Origin: Actinomycetota bacterium
GTDB taxonomy: Bacteria; Actinomycetota; Actinomycetes; S36-B12
Length of the DNA: 64,000 nt
NCBI GenBank assembly: GCA_947449035.1
Contig: CANFQC010000003.1
Span: 24,633-88,632 of the forward strand
Direction of reading: 5' to 3'
Part shown: positions 46,987-55,781 of the stretch, one piece after another
Layout: each line of letters opens with the position of its first letter
Position numbering within the stretch: the first letter of the stretch is position 1
Position numbers and translations under genes: made by a program
The notes under the pieces: generated by a model
Seen by the model: the letters and a program-made list of their open reading frames with translations, nothing else
The model's database searches: none
Told to the model about the DNA's origin: nothing

Positions 46987-48579
46987 ATGACCACCGCTGA
47001 TCGGCCGCCTCGCAGCGCCTTCGTGCTCCTCGCGCTTGTGATGGGCGCCATAGTCGCGAACATCAATCTCAGCATTGCCAACGTCGCATTGCCCACGATT
47101 GGTCATGACCTGGGAGCCAGTCAGGATCAGCTGACCAGCATCGCCAACGCCTTCGCCCTCGGTCTTGCCTCGACGGTTCTGTATCTCGGCACCATCGGTG
47201 ATCGCTACGGACGCAAGCTGCTGTTCGTACTCGGCGCTGTGCTCACCGTGCCCACTGCCATGCTTGCCGCGTGGGCTCCCAATGCCGAGATGCTCACGAT
47301 CGCCCGCTTCCTCGGCGGCATCGCCGCGGCACTGCTCTTCCCGACCACGCTCTCGCTGATCAATGCGCTCTACAAGAACAAGGCGAAGGTCGGCGCGATC
47401 GCACTCTGGTCCGGCATCGGTGGCGGCGGTGCTGCACTCGGCCCCCTCATCGGCGGCGGGCTGCTCGAGAGTTACTGGTGGGGTTCGGTCTTCCTCATCA
47501 CATTGCCGCTCGACATCATCGCTCTCATCGTTGGCTTGATCGTGCTTCCCTGGCGCGCTAGCGAAGAGAAGTTCCAGGTCGATCACCTGGGCGGCATTCT
47601 CTCCGTGCTCGGAGTAGGCGGCCTGGTGCTCAGCATCGAGATCGCTGACAAGGGTTTCACTTCTGGCTGGTTCGCACTCTTCTTCGGGTCCCTCATCGCC
47701 CTCGCCCTCTTCTTCTGGCGCCAGACCAAGGCGCCGCGCCCTCTCATCTCGCTCCCCCTCGCCAAAGCGCGAACCTTCTGGGTGGCCTTCGTTGCCGGAG
47801 CGATCACTTTCGGTTCCCTCATCGGCGCGATGTTCATTGGTCAGCAGTTCACCCAGAACGTTCTTGGTTACACCACCTTCCAAGCCGCAGAGGTCGTGCT
47901 TCCTGCCGCCATCTTCACTGCACTCGGCGGAGCGCTCGGCGGAAAGCTGTGCAGTGGCAAGGGCTCGAAGTTCACGTTCATGCTGGGCCTGGGCTCTGTG
48001 GCCCTCGCGTTCACGATCATGCTCACGACCTGGACAGACCAGGCGCAACTCACTTGGATCCTTGCCGCGTACACCTTCATGGGCCTGGGCGTCGGACTCG
48101 CCTCAACATCGGCTTCACGTGCTCTCATGTCATCAGTGCCGCCGAGCCGGGGCGGCATGGGCTCATCGTTCCTCGACCTGACGCGCGACTTCGGCGGCGC
48201 GATCCTGCAGGCGCTCATGGGCGGCCTGCTTGCCGCCGCTTATGCCAGTCACATCCTGACCTCGATCAACGATCTTCCCGCTGACGAAGCATCGAAGGTC
48301 ACCAACCAGGTGTCTGATCAGCTCACGAGCTCATTCACCAGCGCCTCCGAGGTCGCGCAGCAGTACCCGCAGTACTCGACCGACATCATCTCGGCAGCGT
48401 CGCAAGCCTTTACCGATGGCAAGAGCGTGGCCATCGTGGTTGCCCTGGCCCTCACCTTGATCGGTCTCGCCCTGGTGCTCTTCCGCTTCCCCGGCAAGCA
48501 GAAGGAAGAGGAGTTCTACGAGCAGGTCGCGGCGATGGACAATCAAAAGCCAGCAGCGAGCCCGGCTGCTACCAGCTAG
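46987..48579 (+). CDS. MFS transporter, DHA2 (14-TM, EmrB/QacA-like) drug:H+ antiporter type
   Basis: 530 aa with about 14 TM segments. LGTIGDRYGRK (motif A-like). N-terminus LLALVMGAIVANINLSIANVALPTI is typical of DHA2. Confidence 0.85.
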   Translation: MTTADRPPRSAFVLLALVMGAIVANINLSIANVALPTIGHDLGASQDQLTSIANAFALGLASTVLYLGTIGDRYGRKLLFVLGAVLTVPTAMLAAWAPNAEMLTIARFLGGIAAALLFPTTLSLINALYKNKAKVGAIALWSGIGGGGAALGPLIGGGLLESYWWGSVFLITLPLDIIALIVGLIVLPWRASEEKFQVDHLGGILSVLGVGGLVLSIEIADKGFTSGWFALFFGSLIALALFFWRQTKAPRPLISLPLAKARTFWVAFVAGAITFGSLIGAMFIGQQFTQNVLGYTTFQAAEVVLPAAIFTALGGALGGKLCSGKGSKFTFMLGLGSVALAFTIMLTTWTDQAQLTWILAAYTFMGLGVGLASTSASRALMSSVPPSRGGMGSSFLDLTRDFGGAILQALMGGLLAAAYASHILTSINDLPADEASKVTNQVSDQLTSSFTSASEVAQQYPQYSTDIISAASQAFTDGKSVAIVVALALTLIGLALVLFRFPGKQKEEEFYEQVAAMDNQKPAASPAATS

Positions 48580-48588
48580 ATCACAGCG

Positions 48589-49209
48589 TCAGGCGCGAGG
48601 TGCTTGCGCCAACGTGACCAAGAAGTCGCCGGCCGGGTCAGTCCACTGCTGCACGACATTCAGGCCAACCGCGGAGAGCTCTGATGCGATCTGCGGCGCG
48701 GTGAACTTCGTCGACACCTCAGTCTGAATCCATTCGCCATCAGCGATATCGAGCGTGATGCCGAGCCCGGGGATGCTCACATGCTGATCACCGTTCGCGA
48801 TCAGCCGCATCTCGATGCGACTCTTTTCAGGCACCCACGGTGCGTGATGACGGAAGCCAGCAAGATCGAAGTCGGCGCCGAGTTCGCGATTCATCACGGC
48901 GAGAGCATTCAGATTGAACTCTGCGGTGACATCAGCGCTGTCGTTGTAGGCATCCTCGAGTCGATCAACGGACTTCACGAGATCGGTACCGAGCAGGATG
49001 AAATCACCTGGGTCAACGATGGAACCTAGGTGCACGAGAAATGCCGCGCGACCCTCGGGATTGAAGTTGCCGATGGTCGAGCCAAGGAAAGCGATGATGC
49101 GATTGCCGCCGCGCGGCAGATGATCGAGATGGGCGTTGAAATCCCCGACCAGCCCGGAGATCGCGGCCCAAGTCGCCCCTGCCTGCCTAGGCTGAATACA
49201 TGTCAGCAC
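48589..49209 (-). pseudogene. egtD: 5'-truncated remnant of L-histidine N(alpha)-methyltransferase EgtD (ergothioneine pathway)
   Basis: The translation matches only the C-terminal ~185 residues of EgtD as I recall it (GDF..HL...R.I.FLGSTIGN...LLGTDLVK...AYND...VTAEFN.N.LAV.NREL.ADFDL..F.H...W....SRIEM.L.......V........GE...TEVS.KF.......EL...GL.....WTDPAGDF). An in-frame stop lies 4 codons upstream of the fortuitous GTG. Only ~140 bp remain before the tRNA. Confidence 0.7.
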
Positions 49210-49351
49210 GGGTGCGGGTCAGCCTCAGGCCCCCCGTGGCACCCCGAGGCGTAAACCCTGAATATCGGGGCAATTCCGTCATCGCCTGAAGGGAGGCGAC
49301 GAGCCACGAAGGAGTACGACGCACTAGATTCGTGGCGGGCTGAAAGGCCCG

Positions 49352-49425
49352 CGGCCCCGTAGCTCAGGGGATAGAGCGTCGGTTTCCTAAACCGTGCGTC
49401 GCATGTTCGAATCATGCCGGGGCCA
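49352..49425 (+). tRNA. tRNA-Arg (anticodon CCT), CCA not encoded
   Basis: Hand-folded cloverleaf. Acceptor GGCCCCG/CGGGGCC, D arm GCTC/GAGC, anticodon loop TTCCTAA (one T-T mismatch at the top of the stem), T arm GCATG-TTCGAAT-CATGC. Confidence 0.9.
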
Positions 49426-49538
49426 CTCACTCCACGAGGCACCTCGTGAGCAATCGGTCGAATCAGCGGACCGAGTCGTTGCAGGGGCAAAGCATGGCAC
49501 GGGATGAGACTCGAACCGGGTCACGCTTAAATGGGGTC

Positions 49539-50417
49539 ATGACCGAGACCACTAAGCCCGTCCTTTCCAGCGGCACCTTCACTCTTGGCGCGAAGGGCTC
49601 TGACCCGCTCAGCGTCCGTCGGCTCGGGTTCGGCGCCATGCGCATCACTGGTGCGGGCATCTGGGGGGATCCGCAGGATCACGACACCGCTATCTCGGTG
49701 CTCCGCAGGTCGGTCGAGCTCGGCGTTGACTTCATCGACACCGCCGATGCCTACGGCCCCGACGTCAGCGAGAACCTCATCCGCGAGGCGCTTCACCCGT
49801 ACGACAACGTGATCATCGCAACCAAGGGCGGCCTGACGCGGCAAGGTCCGGATGCCTGGGAGCCGGTCGGACGACCTGCATACCTCCGCCAGTGCGTGAA
49901 GATGTCGCTGCGACGCCTTGGTGTCGAGCGCATTGATCTGTGGCAGCTTCACAGGATCGACCCGCAGGTGCCGATGGCCGACCAATTCGGCGCGATCGCC
50001 GAGTTGCAGCGTGAGGGCTTGATCCGTCACGTCGGTCTGTCCGAGGTGTCGGTCGACGACGTCCGCGCGGCCAGTGAGTACTTCGAGGTCGTCAGCGTGC
50101 AGAACCACTACAACGTTGGCGCTCGCACCAGCGAAGAACTGCTGCAGTATTGCGAGGCGAACGGCATCGGCTTCATTCCGTGGTTCCCGCTGGGAGGTCG
50201 AGAGTTGGTCGCGGCCGACAGTCCGCTTTCGGCGATAGCTGCTCGTGTTGGCGCCACACCCGGTCAGGTCGCGCTCGCCTGGCTGCTGCAGCACTCACCG
50301 GTCATGCTGCCGATTCCTGGTACTGGGTCAATCGCGCACCTCGAGGAGAACTGCGCCGCCGCTCTCGTCGAACTCGACGATGCCACGATGGCCGAGCTCG
50401 ATCAACTCTCCGCATGA
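49539..50417 (+). CDS. Aldo/keto reductase
   Basis: [10 protein letters not shown]...[10 protein letters not shown]...ATKGG...IDLWQLHR...QNHYN...[13 protein letters not shown]. Start set at ATG 49539. The track ORF starts at 49446, directly at the tRNA terminator hairpin. Confidence 0.85.
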   Translation: MTETTKPVLSSGTFTLGAKGSDPLSVRRLGFGAMRITGAGIWGDPQDHDTAISVLRRSVELGVDFIDTADAYGPDVSENLIREALHPYDNVIIATKGGLTRQGPDAWEPVGRPAYLRQCVKMSLRRLGVERIDLWQLHRIDPQVPMADQFGAIAELQREGLIRHVGLSEVSVDDVRAASEYFEVVSVQNHYNVGARTSEELLQYCEANGIGFIPWFPLGGRELVAADSPLSAIAARVGATPGQVALAWLLQHSPVMLPIPGTGSIAHLEENCAAALVELDDATMAELDQLSA

Positions 50418-50424
50418 CACGATC

Positions 50425-50793
50425 ATGAGCACACCACGGCGTAATCGTGGCAATGGCGCCTTCTGGGTCTACCTCGCCATTGCCACCATCGGCCTGATCG
50501 GTACCGCCTACTTCAACCTCAAGGGCTTCACCGAGCCCTCGGATTCATTCCTTGCCCAGTGGTTCGCCAACTCGGCAGTGACGTCATTGTCAATTGACCT
50601 GCTCGCGGTCGCGAGTGCGGCATCGATCTTCATCATTCTTGAGGGTCGTCGGCTCGGCATGCGCTGGTACTGGCTCTACGTGATCGCCTCCTTCATTACT
50701 GCGGTCGGCTTCACCTTTGCTCTATTCCTAGCAATGCGGGAGCGCAAGCTTGCTGCCCTTGAGAAAGACTCAAGAACTACAGACCTTCGATAA
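50425..50793 (+). CDS. Small four-TM membrane protein (DUF2834-like)
   Basis: 122 aa from ATG 50425. AFWVYLAIATIGLIGTAYFNLKGF...LAMRERK resembles DUF2834. Confidence 0.5.
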   Translation: MSTPRRNRGNGAFWVYLAIATIGLIGTAYFNLKGFTEPSDSFLAQWFANSAVTSLSIDLLAVASAASIFIILEGRRLGMRWYWLYVIASFITAVGFTFALFLAMRERKLAALEKDSRTTDLR

Positions 50794-50823
50794 AGACCGT
50801 GTCACCTTGCCTCCGGGCACCAG

Positions 50824-50943
50824 GTGAACATCCCCGCAGATCATTCAGTAACCATCCGTTCCGCTCTCGTGCCGTTCACATGACGCCCGAGATGTGTGAA
50901 CATGGTGATCTGAGACCGCGCCAGAAAGAGGCGTGAACTTCAC
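50824..50943. repeat. Cluster of GTGAAC/GTTCAC hexamers in a non-coding convergent gap
   Basis: GTGAAC at 50824 and 50896, GTTCAC at 50874, and the palindrome GTGAACTTCAC at 50933..50943. A fifth copy (GTGAATGTTCAC, 51017..51028) lies in the last codons of the neighbouring gene. Confidence 0.5.
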
Positions 50944-51013
50944 CGGAATCGGAGATTTGGCAGGTGGGGCTGCTCACTCCTCTGCTAGGCGAACTCTCCT
51001 GATAACAGCTGCT

Positions 51014-51517
51014 TTAGTGAATGTTCACGAGCTGGGCCCGAACCTCTTCGGCCTGCTGGTGGTTCAGCACACCGGTTGAGGTCAGGAGTTCAAGCGCGAA
51101 CTTGGCGGCCGAGTAGCGCGCCTGCGTGCGCGAGTAGCCCTTGATCACCTGCGTCACCGCTGCCCCACGTGCCTTGGTGAAGTCACCCGAGGCGATGAGT
51201 GCGTTGATGGCTGACTGAGTGTTGACGGCAGCGAGAAGATCGGCCTGGCTCGGAGTTACGGCACCCGATGTGACGAGCAGTGCTAACGCCTGACGCCGAG
51301 CATCAGTCATCGCCGCAGGTTGTGCGGCAACGAGCGCGTCGATGAGCACTGCCTTCTGCGCAGCATTAAGGGTCTTGAGATGAAGCTGATTCCAGCCCCA
51401 GGTGCTTGAGCTACTTGACGCTGCTGTCGCCACCGAGGCCGAAGTTGTGCCTGAAAGGAGAAGAGCAAAGACAGCAGCGATTCCGACGACGACGCGTGAG
51501 ATTGTGAATCGGGACAT
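51014..51517 (-). CDS. Secreted helical protein of unknown function
   Basis: 167 aa with a Sec signal peptide (VVVGIAAVFALLLSGTTSASVA). Ala/Leu/Gln-rich mature part. TATGCT-N6-ATG start. Confidence 0.5.
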   Translation of the reverse strand: MSRFTISRVVVGIAAVFALLLSGTTSASVATAASSSSSTWGWNQLHLKTLNAAQKAVLIDALVAAQPAAMTDARRQALALLVTSGAVTPSQADLLAAVNTQSAINALIASGDFTKARGAAVTQVIKGYSRTQARYSAAKFALELLTSTGVLNHQQAEEVRAQLVNIH

Positions 51518-51649
51518 GGCGCGAGCATACGTTCAGTGACCGATTACCAATAGACATTGATTTCTTGGCACGAAGGCGAACCTGATGAGACGAGCCAGAG
51601 GCACACCACATCTGAAGCAGGGTGCCGATCTCGAAGATAGACTCACGGG

Positions 51650-52660
51650 ATGCGAATCGGACTCCTGGCGTACGGCGCGATCGGGCACGAACACAACCTT
51701 GCGGTTCAGAACACCGAAGGTCTCGAGCTCACGGCGGTGTGTGACGTCAACCCGGAGCGCATTGCCGCAGCCCGCGAACTTGCCCCTGACGTCGCCGCCT
51801 TCGCAAGCGCCGAGGAGATGCTCGATTCCGGCCTCGTTGACGTAGTCGTAGTGTCCACTCCGCCGAATACGCACCATTACTGGGCCATGGAGGCGCTGCG
51901 TCGAGATATCCATGTCGTGCTGGAGAAGCCAATGGCCCTCACGGCCGACGAGTGCGACGAAGCCATGGCACTGGCTCACGAGCGGGGTTTGACCTTGATC
52001 GTGTTCCAGAACCGTCGATTCGACGCGGACTTCGTCACGATTCGTCGTCTGATCCGCGAAGGCGCGATCGGAGAAGTTTTCCAGTACGACAGTTTTGTCG
52101 GTGGCTACTCGCGCCCCTGCGATTACTGGCACTCTGATGTTGAAGTCTCAGGCGGCGCCATCTTTGATTGGGGCTCTCACTATCTCGATCAGATCCTTGA
52201 TCTATTCGATCAGGACATCGCCTACGTTTCCGGCGTCAACCACAAGCGCCACTGGACCCACGTCACGAATGCCGACCACTCAGTAGTAACGATCACCTTC
52301 GGTGACGGAACTCAGGCCACGTTCGTCAACTCTGATCTGTCTGCAGCTCGGCCTCCGAAGTTCCGGGTGTTCGGCACTCAGGGTGCGATCGTTGCCGATT
52401 GGGATCCGGCTGCCGAGCCTGCGGTGGCTGATCTCCCTGCGCTCGTCACCATCTATTCCCCTGACGGTTCCTCGCGATCTGTCGCCCTCGACGAAGTACC
52501 CGCCTACACCTTCCATCGCGAACTTGCGGAGCACTTAGCCGCCGGAACACCGATGCAGGTCTCGGCACAGCAGTCGCGCGATGTCGTTGCGGTGATGGAG
52601 GCGGCCGAGGAGTCGGCGAAGGACCTTGGCCGACAGGTCGTTCCCGAACTACTTCGGTGA
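51650..52660 (+). CDS. Gfo/Idh/MocA-family oxidoreductase
   Basis: MRIGLLAYGAIGHEH Rossmann N-terminus and the EKP motif (VVLEKPMAL). TAGACT-N6-ATG start. Confidence 0.9.
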   Translation: MRIGLLAYGAIGHEHNLAVQNTEGLELTAVCDVNPERIAAARELAPDVAAFASAEEMLDSGLVDVVVVSTPPNTHHYWAMEALRRDIHVVLEKPMALTADECDEAMALAHERGLTLIVFQNRRFDADFVTIRRLIREGAIGEVFQYDSFVGGYSRPCDYWHSDVEVSGGAIFDWGSHYLDQILDLFDQDIAYVSGVNHKRHWTHVTNADHSVVTITFGDGTQATFVNSDLSAARPPKFRVFGTQGAIVADWDPAAEPAVADLPALVTIYSPDGSSRSVALDEVPAYTFHRELAEHLAAGTPMQVSAQQSRDVVAVMEAAEESAKDLGRQVVPELLR

Positions 52661-53598
52661 CCGATGTTCGCTGGGGCATCCTTGGCGCCGGCTGGATTGT
52701 CCAACAGGCCACTGGCGCTGCTTTGCGCTCGGCCCATGGCTCTTCACTTCGTGCAGTAGCTGCCCGCGACATCTTGCGCGCTGAGTCGGTGGGTGCCGCG
52801 CGGGCAGTCACGGACTACCGCTCGGTGATCGAATCCGACGACATCGATGCGATCTATATCGCCTTGTCCAACGAGGCGCATCTTCCGTGGATCCTTGCCG
52901 CCATCGAAGCGGGCAAGCATGTGTTGTGCGAGAAGCCACTGACTCTGTCACCGCAGGACACTGCGAAAGCGTTTGACGCAGCAGAGCAAGCAGGCGTACT
53001 TCTCGTCGAGGCTGTCTGGTCACGCTGGCACCCGCGCACTGAACGCATCGTCGAACTTTGCCGAAGCGGTGATCTGGGAGAAATCGAGACGTACCTGGGT
53101 ACCTTCACCTTCCCCGCGGTTCCGCCCGGTAACTACCGCCTCGATGCCAAGCGAGGCGGTGGCGCCTTGCTCGACGTGGGCATTTACCCCCTGCATGTGC
53201 TCGCAGCGTGTCTACCTGATGCAGCCTTTCGGCTTTTGTCGGTCGAACGGCACGATGTTTACGGCGTTGATCTCACTACTCGTGCAACCCTTGAGTGGGC
53301 ACACGGCCGGGCGAGCATCGCGTGCTCATTCGAGATGCCCGAGTCACAACGGCTCGTCATCGGGGGTAGCCACCAGACAGTTTCGGTTGATGACGACCAA
53401 GCATTCACGAGCTGGCGGACTCATTCATCCCTGACTATCGGCGCGCACCGCGAGACCTTCGAGCCGGTCGATGCCTATCAGCAAATGTTCGAGGCCGTGT
53501 CGGGTCGCATCCGCGGCGACGATGCGTGGGTCATGCCTCGACACGAGTCCGAGCGCGTCGCCGGAATGGTTGAAGTCATTCAGCAGCGGAGCGCCTGA
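52657..53598 (+). CDS. Gfo/Idh/MocA-family oxidoreductase
   Basis: VRWGILGAGWI and VLCEKPLTL. GTGA overlap with the upstream stop. Confidence 0.85.
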   Translation: MTDVRWGILGAGWIVQQATGAALRSAHGSSLRAVAARDILRAESVGAARAVTDYRSVIESDDIDAIYIALSNEAHLPWILAAIEAGKHVLCEKPLTLSPQDTAKAFDAAEQAGVLLVEAVWSRWHPRTERIVELCRSGDLGEIETYLGTFTFPAVPPGNYRLDAKRGGGALLDVGIYPLHVLAACLPDAAFRLLSVERHDVYGVDLTTRATLEWAHGRASIACSFEMPESQRLVIGGSHQTVSVDDDQAFTSWRTHSSLTIGAHRETFEPVDAYQQMFEAVSGRIRGDDAWVMPRHESERVAGMVEVIQQRSA

Positions 53599-53785
53599 CT
53601 CGATGCGCCTGCGGATGCCTCGCACGCCTCAAGGCGCCAGAGGAAAGCCGCGACAATGCCTCGGCTCAGCGCTAGTTGACCCGGAAAGGATTGCGCTCCA
53701 GCGACACTTCTTGAACTATTGTCACGCTCATGCTCACAATCCTGGGCAGCACACCACTCATGAGTCCGCCGAAGACGAGGTTGCG

Positions 53786-54727
53786 ATGAACACCACTAGG
53801 TCGACTCGAATCGCTGCCGCCAGTGCGGCAGTTGTCACCGGCTTGATGATGTGGGCGGCCACCCCAGCATTGGCTGATCAGGTAGTGGCTCCGGGCACCT
53901 ACGACTCCTTGCCCCCGGGCGCGACTGATTGCTCTCCGCGCGCAGATGGTTCGGCGCTTCCCAGTGAGTGCACCCAGGCCCCCGGCGATGGATCCGACTC
54001 CGATTCCTTTGATTTCTCAAGGTTCCCGGGCATCGAGATCACCCCTGGCGTCGCGCGTACCGCAACGACTTTTGATCTCGGCCCGATCATCGCCGCCCTC
54101 GGCCCCTACGCATCCATGGCAATTTTCTACGTCGACTTCGGCGACGGCACCGGGTTCGGCAATTCCGGCGACCTCAAGTCACTTGGCAGTTTCCCCACCT
54201 CGCATGTCTACGTGAATCCCGGTGATTACACCGTTGCCGGCTTTGCCAACGTGAATGGCAAGACGGAGAGCACATACAGGATGGTCACGATTGCACCCGC
54301 CACGGAAGCGCCGGCGGCGGCTACGGAGACGAAGGGCTGGCAGACCACGTCCGCACCCGCGGCAACATCTGTCATTTCCGTCTTGGCCGAGGACCAGCGC
54401 AGTGCGCTGGCTGTCGGTACTGCCGTCTCAAAGATCGCGGAGCGGAGTTCCAAGGCCGCCTCCCGCACCGCAGGCAAGGCTCCGCGGGTCACGATCAACA
54501 AGGGCCAGACCACGCTCGTGAACATTCCGAGGCTACCCGCCGGCACCAAGGTCACCTCGCGAGTGAAGATCGGCACCAGCTGGACCACTCTCCCGGCGAG
54601 CGTGGTCCAGAAGAACGGCACGCTCACGTTGCCGGCCCTCACCTTTAACGAGGCAGGCACGCATCTGGTCCAGCTTCGACTTGCGAACGGAACGTCTCGC
54701 TACCTGACTCTCAAGGTCGTGGCGTGA
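53786..54727 (+). CDS. Secreted PKD-domain protein
   Basis: Start set at ATG 53786, which has GACGAGG upstream. Signal peptide (AAVVTGLMMWAATPALA-DQ). PKD signature VDFGDGTGFG...HVYVNPGDYTV. Confidence 0.65.
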   Translation: MNTTRSTRIAAASAAVVTGLMMWAATPALADQVVAPGTYDSLPPGATDCSPRADGSALPSECTQAPGDGSDSDSFDFSRFPGIEITPGVARTATTFDLGPIIAALGPYASMAIFYVDFGDGTGFGNSGDLKSLGSFPTSHVYVNPGDYTVAGFANVNGKTESTYRMVTIAPATEAPAAATETKGWQTTSAPAATSVISVLAEDQRSALAVGTAVSKIAERSSKAASRTAGKAPRVTINKGQTTLVNIPRLPAGTKVTSRVKIGTSWTTLPASVVQKNGTLTLPALTFNEAGTHLVQLRLANGTSRYLTLKVVA

Positions 54728-54779
54728 ATTACTGATCCCACGCCGGGAAGCCCACGGCAGGGAGACGAACCAGTTCGCC

Positions 54780-55781
54780 CTACTGCGAGGGCTTGGGCCC
54801 TTGTGGACCTGGTCCTTGTGGTCCTGGACCCGGTTGACCGGGGCCTTGTTGACCGGGGCCTTGTTGACCTGGGCCTTGCGCACCAGGCGGACCGGCCATG
54901 GCCTGAGACTGCCCACCCATCGGCGGCATCGGCTCAGCGGCCCGACCTGACTGCGTCACGGGCGTGCCTTTGAAGCACCCGATCACGTACGGGAAGGTGC
55001 TGGTGGCGTGGTAGCCGTAGGTGCCATCGGGCTCGACGCGACCGTTGCAGGCATCAAGCTGCCCGGCCTTGCCGGAAGCACGATAGGTGTAGGCCTGCCA
55101 GGCATTCGATACAGGATTTCCGGTTTTCACATATCCGCTCGTGACCTTGACGGTCTTGGTGCATGACTTGTTCGTGCAGCCATAGCTGTTGTAGATCGGG
55201 AAGCCGTCGATGGCGTAACCGAGAACTCGGCGCTTCGCCAGGTTGCATTCCGAGGTCGTGATCAAGGTGTGATCGTGGTAATCGCTGTTGTAGCCAGTGT
55301 GACCGCCACATGAATCCAGGAGTCCGTTGTAGACCGGGTCGCCGAAGGCCGAATCCGCAGGCATCGGGCCTTCCATGGGGCCAAAGACGGGGATACCGGT
55401 CACGGTGAAACCCAAAGTGCCCATGCGAGTCTCGATCGACGTTGACTTCGCGCTCTTTGCCGGCTTCAACGGCACAGTCCAGGTGTAGTTCTGCTCCTTG
55501 AGCCCATTTGGGGTCTTCGAGACAAAGGTGTAACCGGGCATGCCATTTGAGGAAACGACGAGGTTCCCTCCACTGCATTTCACCGTGACCTTCGGCATCG
55601 CGTAACCGCCGCCAGGCCCCGCGACCGAGGTGAGGTCAGGGAACAATCCGGTGGGGCACGAGCTCTGCCCTGCCAATGCTGCCGGGGTTGTCAGCAGTAC
55701 GGATGCACCAACAATGCCAACTGCAGCCATCGACAGTGCGGCAACCCGAAAGGCAAGTGCAGTTACGGGGGGTCTGGCCAC
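54780..55781 (-). CDS. Secreted YHYH-domain protein with a C-terminal Pro/Gly/Gln repeat tail
   Basis: Signal peptide. DSCGGHTGYNSDYHDH and DACNGRVEPDGTYGYHATSTFPYVIGCFKG resemble the YHYH family. Tail GAQGPGQQGPGQQGPGQPGPGPQGPGPQGP. SD GGGAGA before GTG 55781. Confidence 0.65.
   Translation of the reverse strand: MARPPVTALAFRVAALSMAAVGIVGASVLLTTPAALAGQSSCPTGLFPDLTSVAGPGGGYAMPKVTVKCSGGNLVVSSNGMPGYTFVSKTPNGLKEQNYTWTVPLKPAKSAKSTSIETRMGTLGFTVTGIPVFGPMEGPMPADSAFGDPVYNGLLDSCGGHTGYNSDYHDHTLITTSECNLAKRRVLGYAIDGFPIYNSYGCTNKSCTKTVKVTSGYVKTGNPVSNAWQAYTYRASGKAGQLDACNGRVEPDGTYGYHATSTFPYVIGCFKGTPVTQSGRAAEPMPPMGGQSQAMAGPPGAQGPGQQGPGQQGPGQPGPGPQGPGPQGPKPSQ
54795..54893 (-). repeat. Degenerate tandem nucleotide repeat (about 9-15 nt units) encoding the PGQ tail
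   Basis: GGGGCCTTGTTGACC is repeated, with variants GGTCCTTGTGGTCC and GGGCCTTGCGCACC. Confidence 0.6.

Noticed and set aside
46960-48048. 362-aa minus-strand ORF
   Set aside because: It is antisense to a convincing 14-TM MFS gene. The translation is Glu/Arg/Gly/Asp-rich low-complexity sequence with no motifs. This is the usual open antisense frame of a GC-rich membrane-protein gene.
49331-49351. Short hairpin GCGGGC-TGAAAG-GCCCGC directly next to the 5' end of tRNA-Arg, considered as a regulatory element
   Set aside because: It has only a 6-bp stem. It is most simply a pre-tRNA processing or leader structure, or chance. There is not enough evidence to call a feature.
49495-49530. tRNA T-loop-like fragment (GGTTCGAGTC on the minus strand) and a TCGAATCA echo at about 49460, downstream of tRNA-Arg. 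These could be att-site remnants.
   Set aside because: The fragment cannot be folded into a T arm because the flanking stems do not pair. It differs from the adjacent tRNA-Arg 3' end. A 10-mer match has a non-negligible chance probability across both strands of 64 kb.
50933-51028. parS-like or LexA (Cheo-box)-like sites: GTGAACTTCAC and GTGAATGTTCAC
   Set aside because: parS is TGTTTCACGTGAAACA, and these sites lack the extra T/A and the full palindrome. The Cheo box needs GAAC-N4-GTTC, which neither site provides in register. There is no parAB or SOS gene context.
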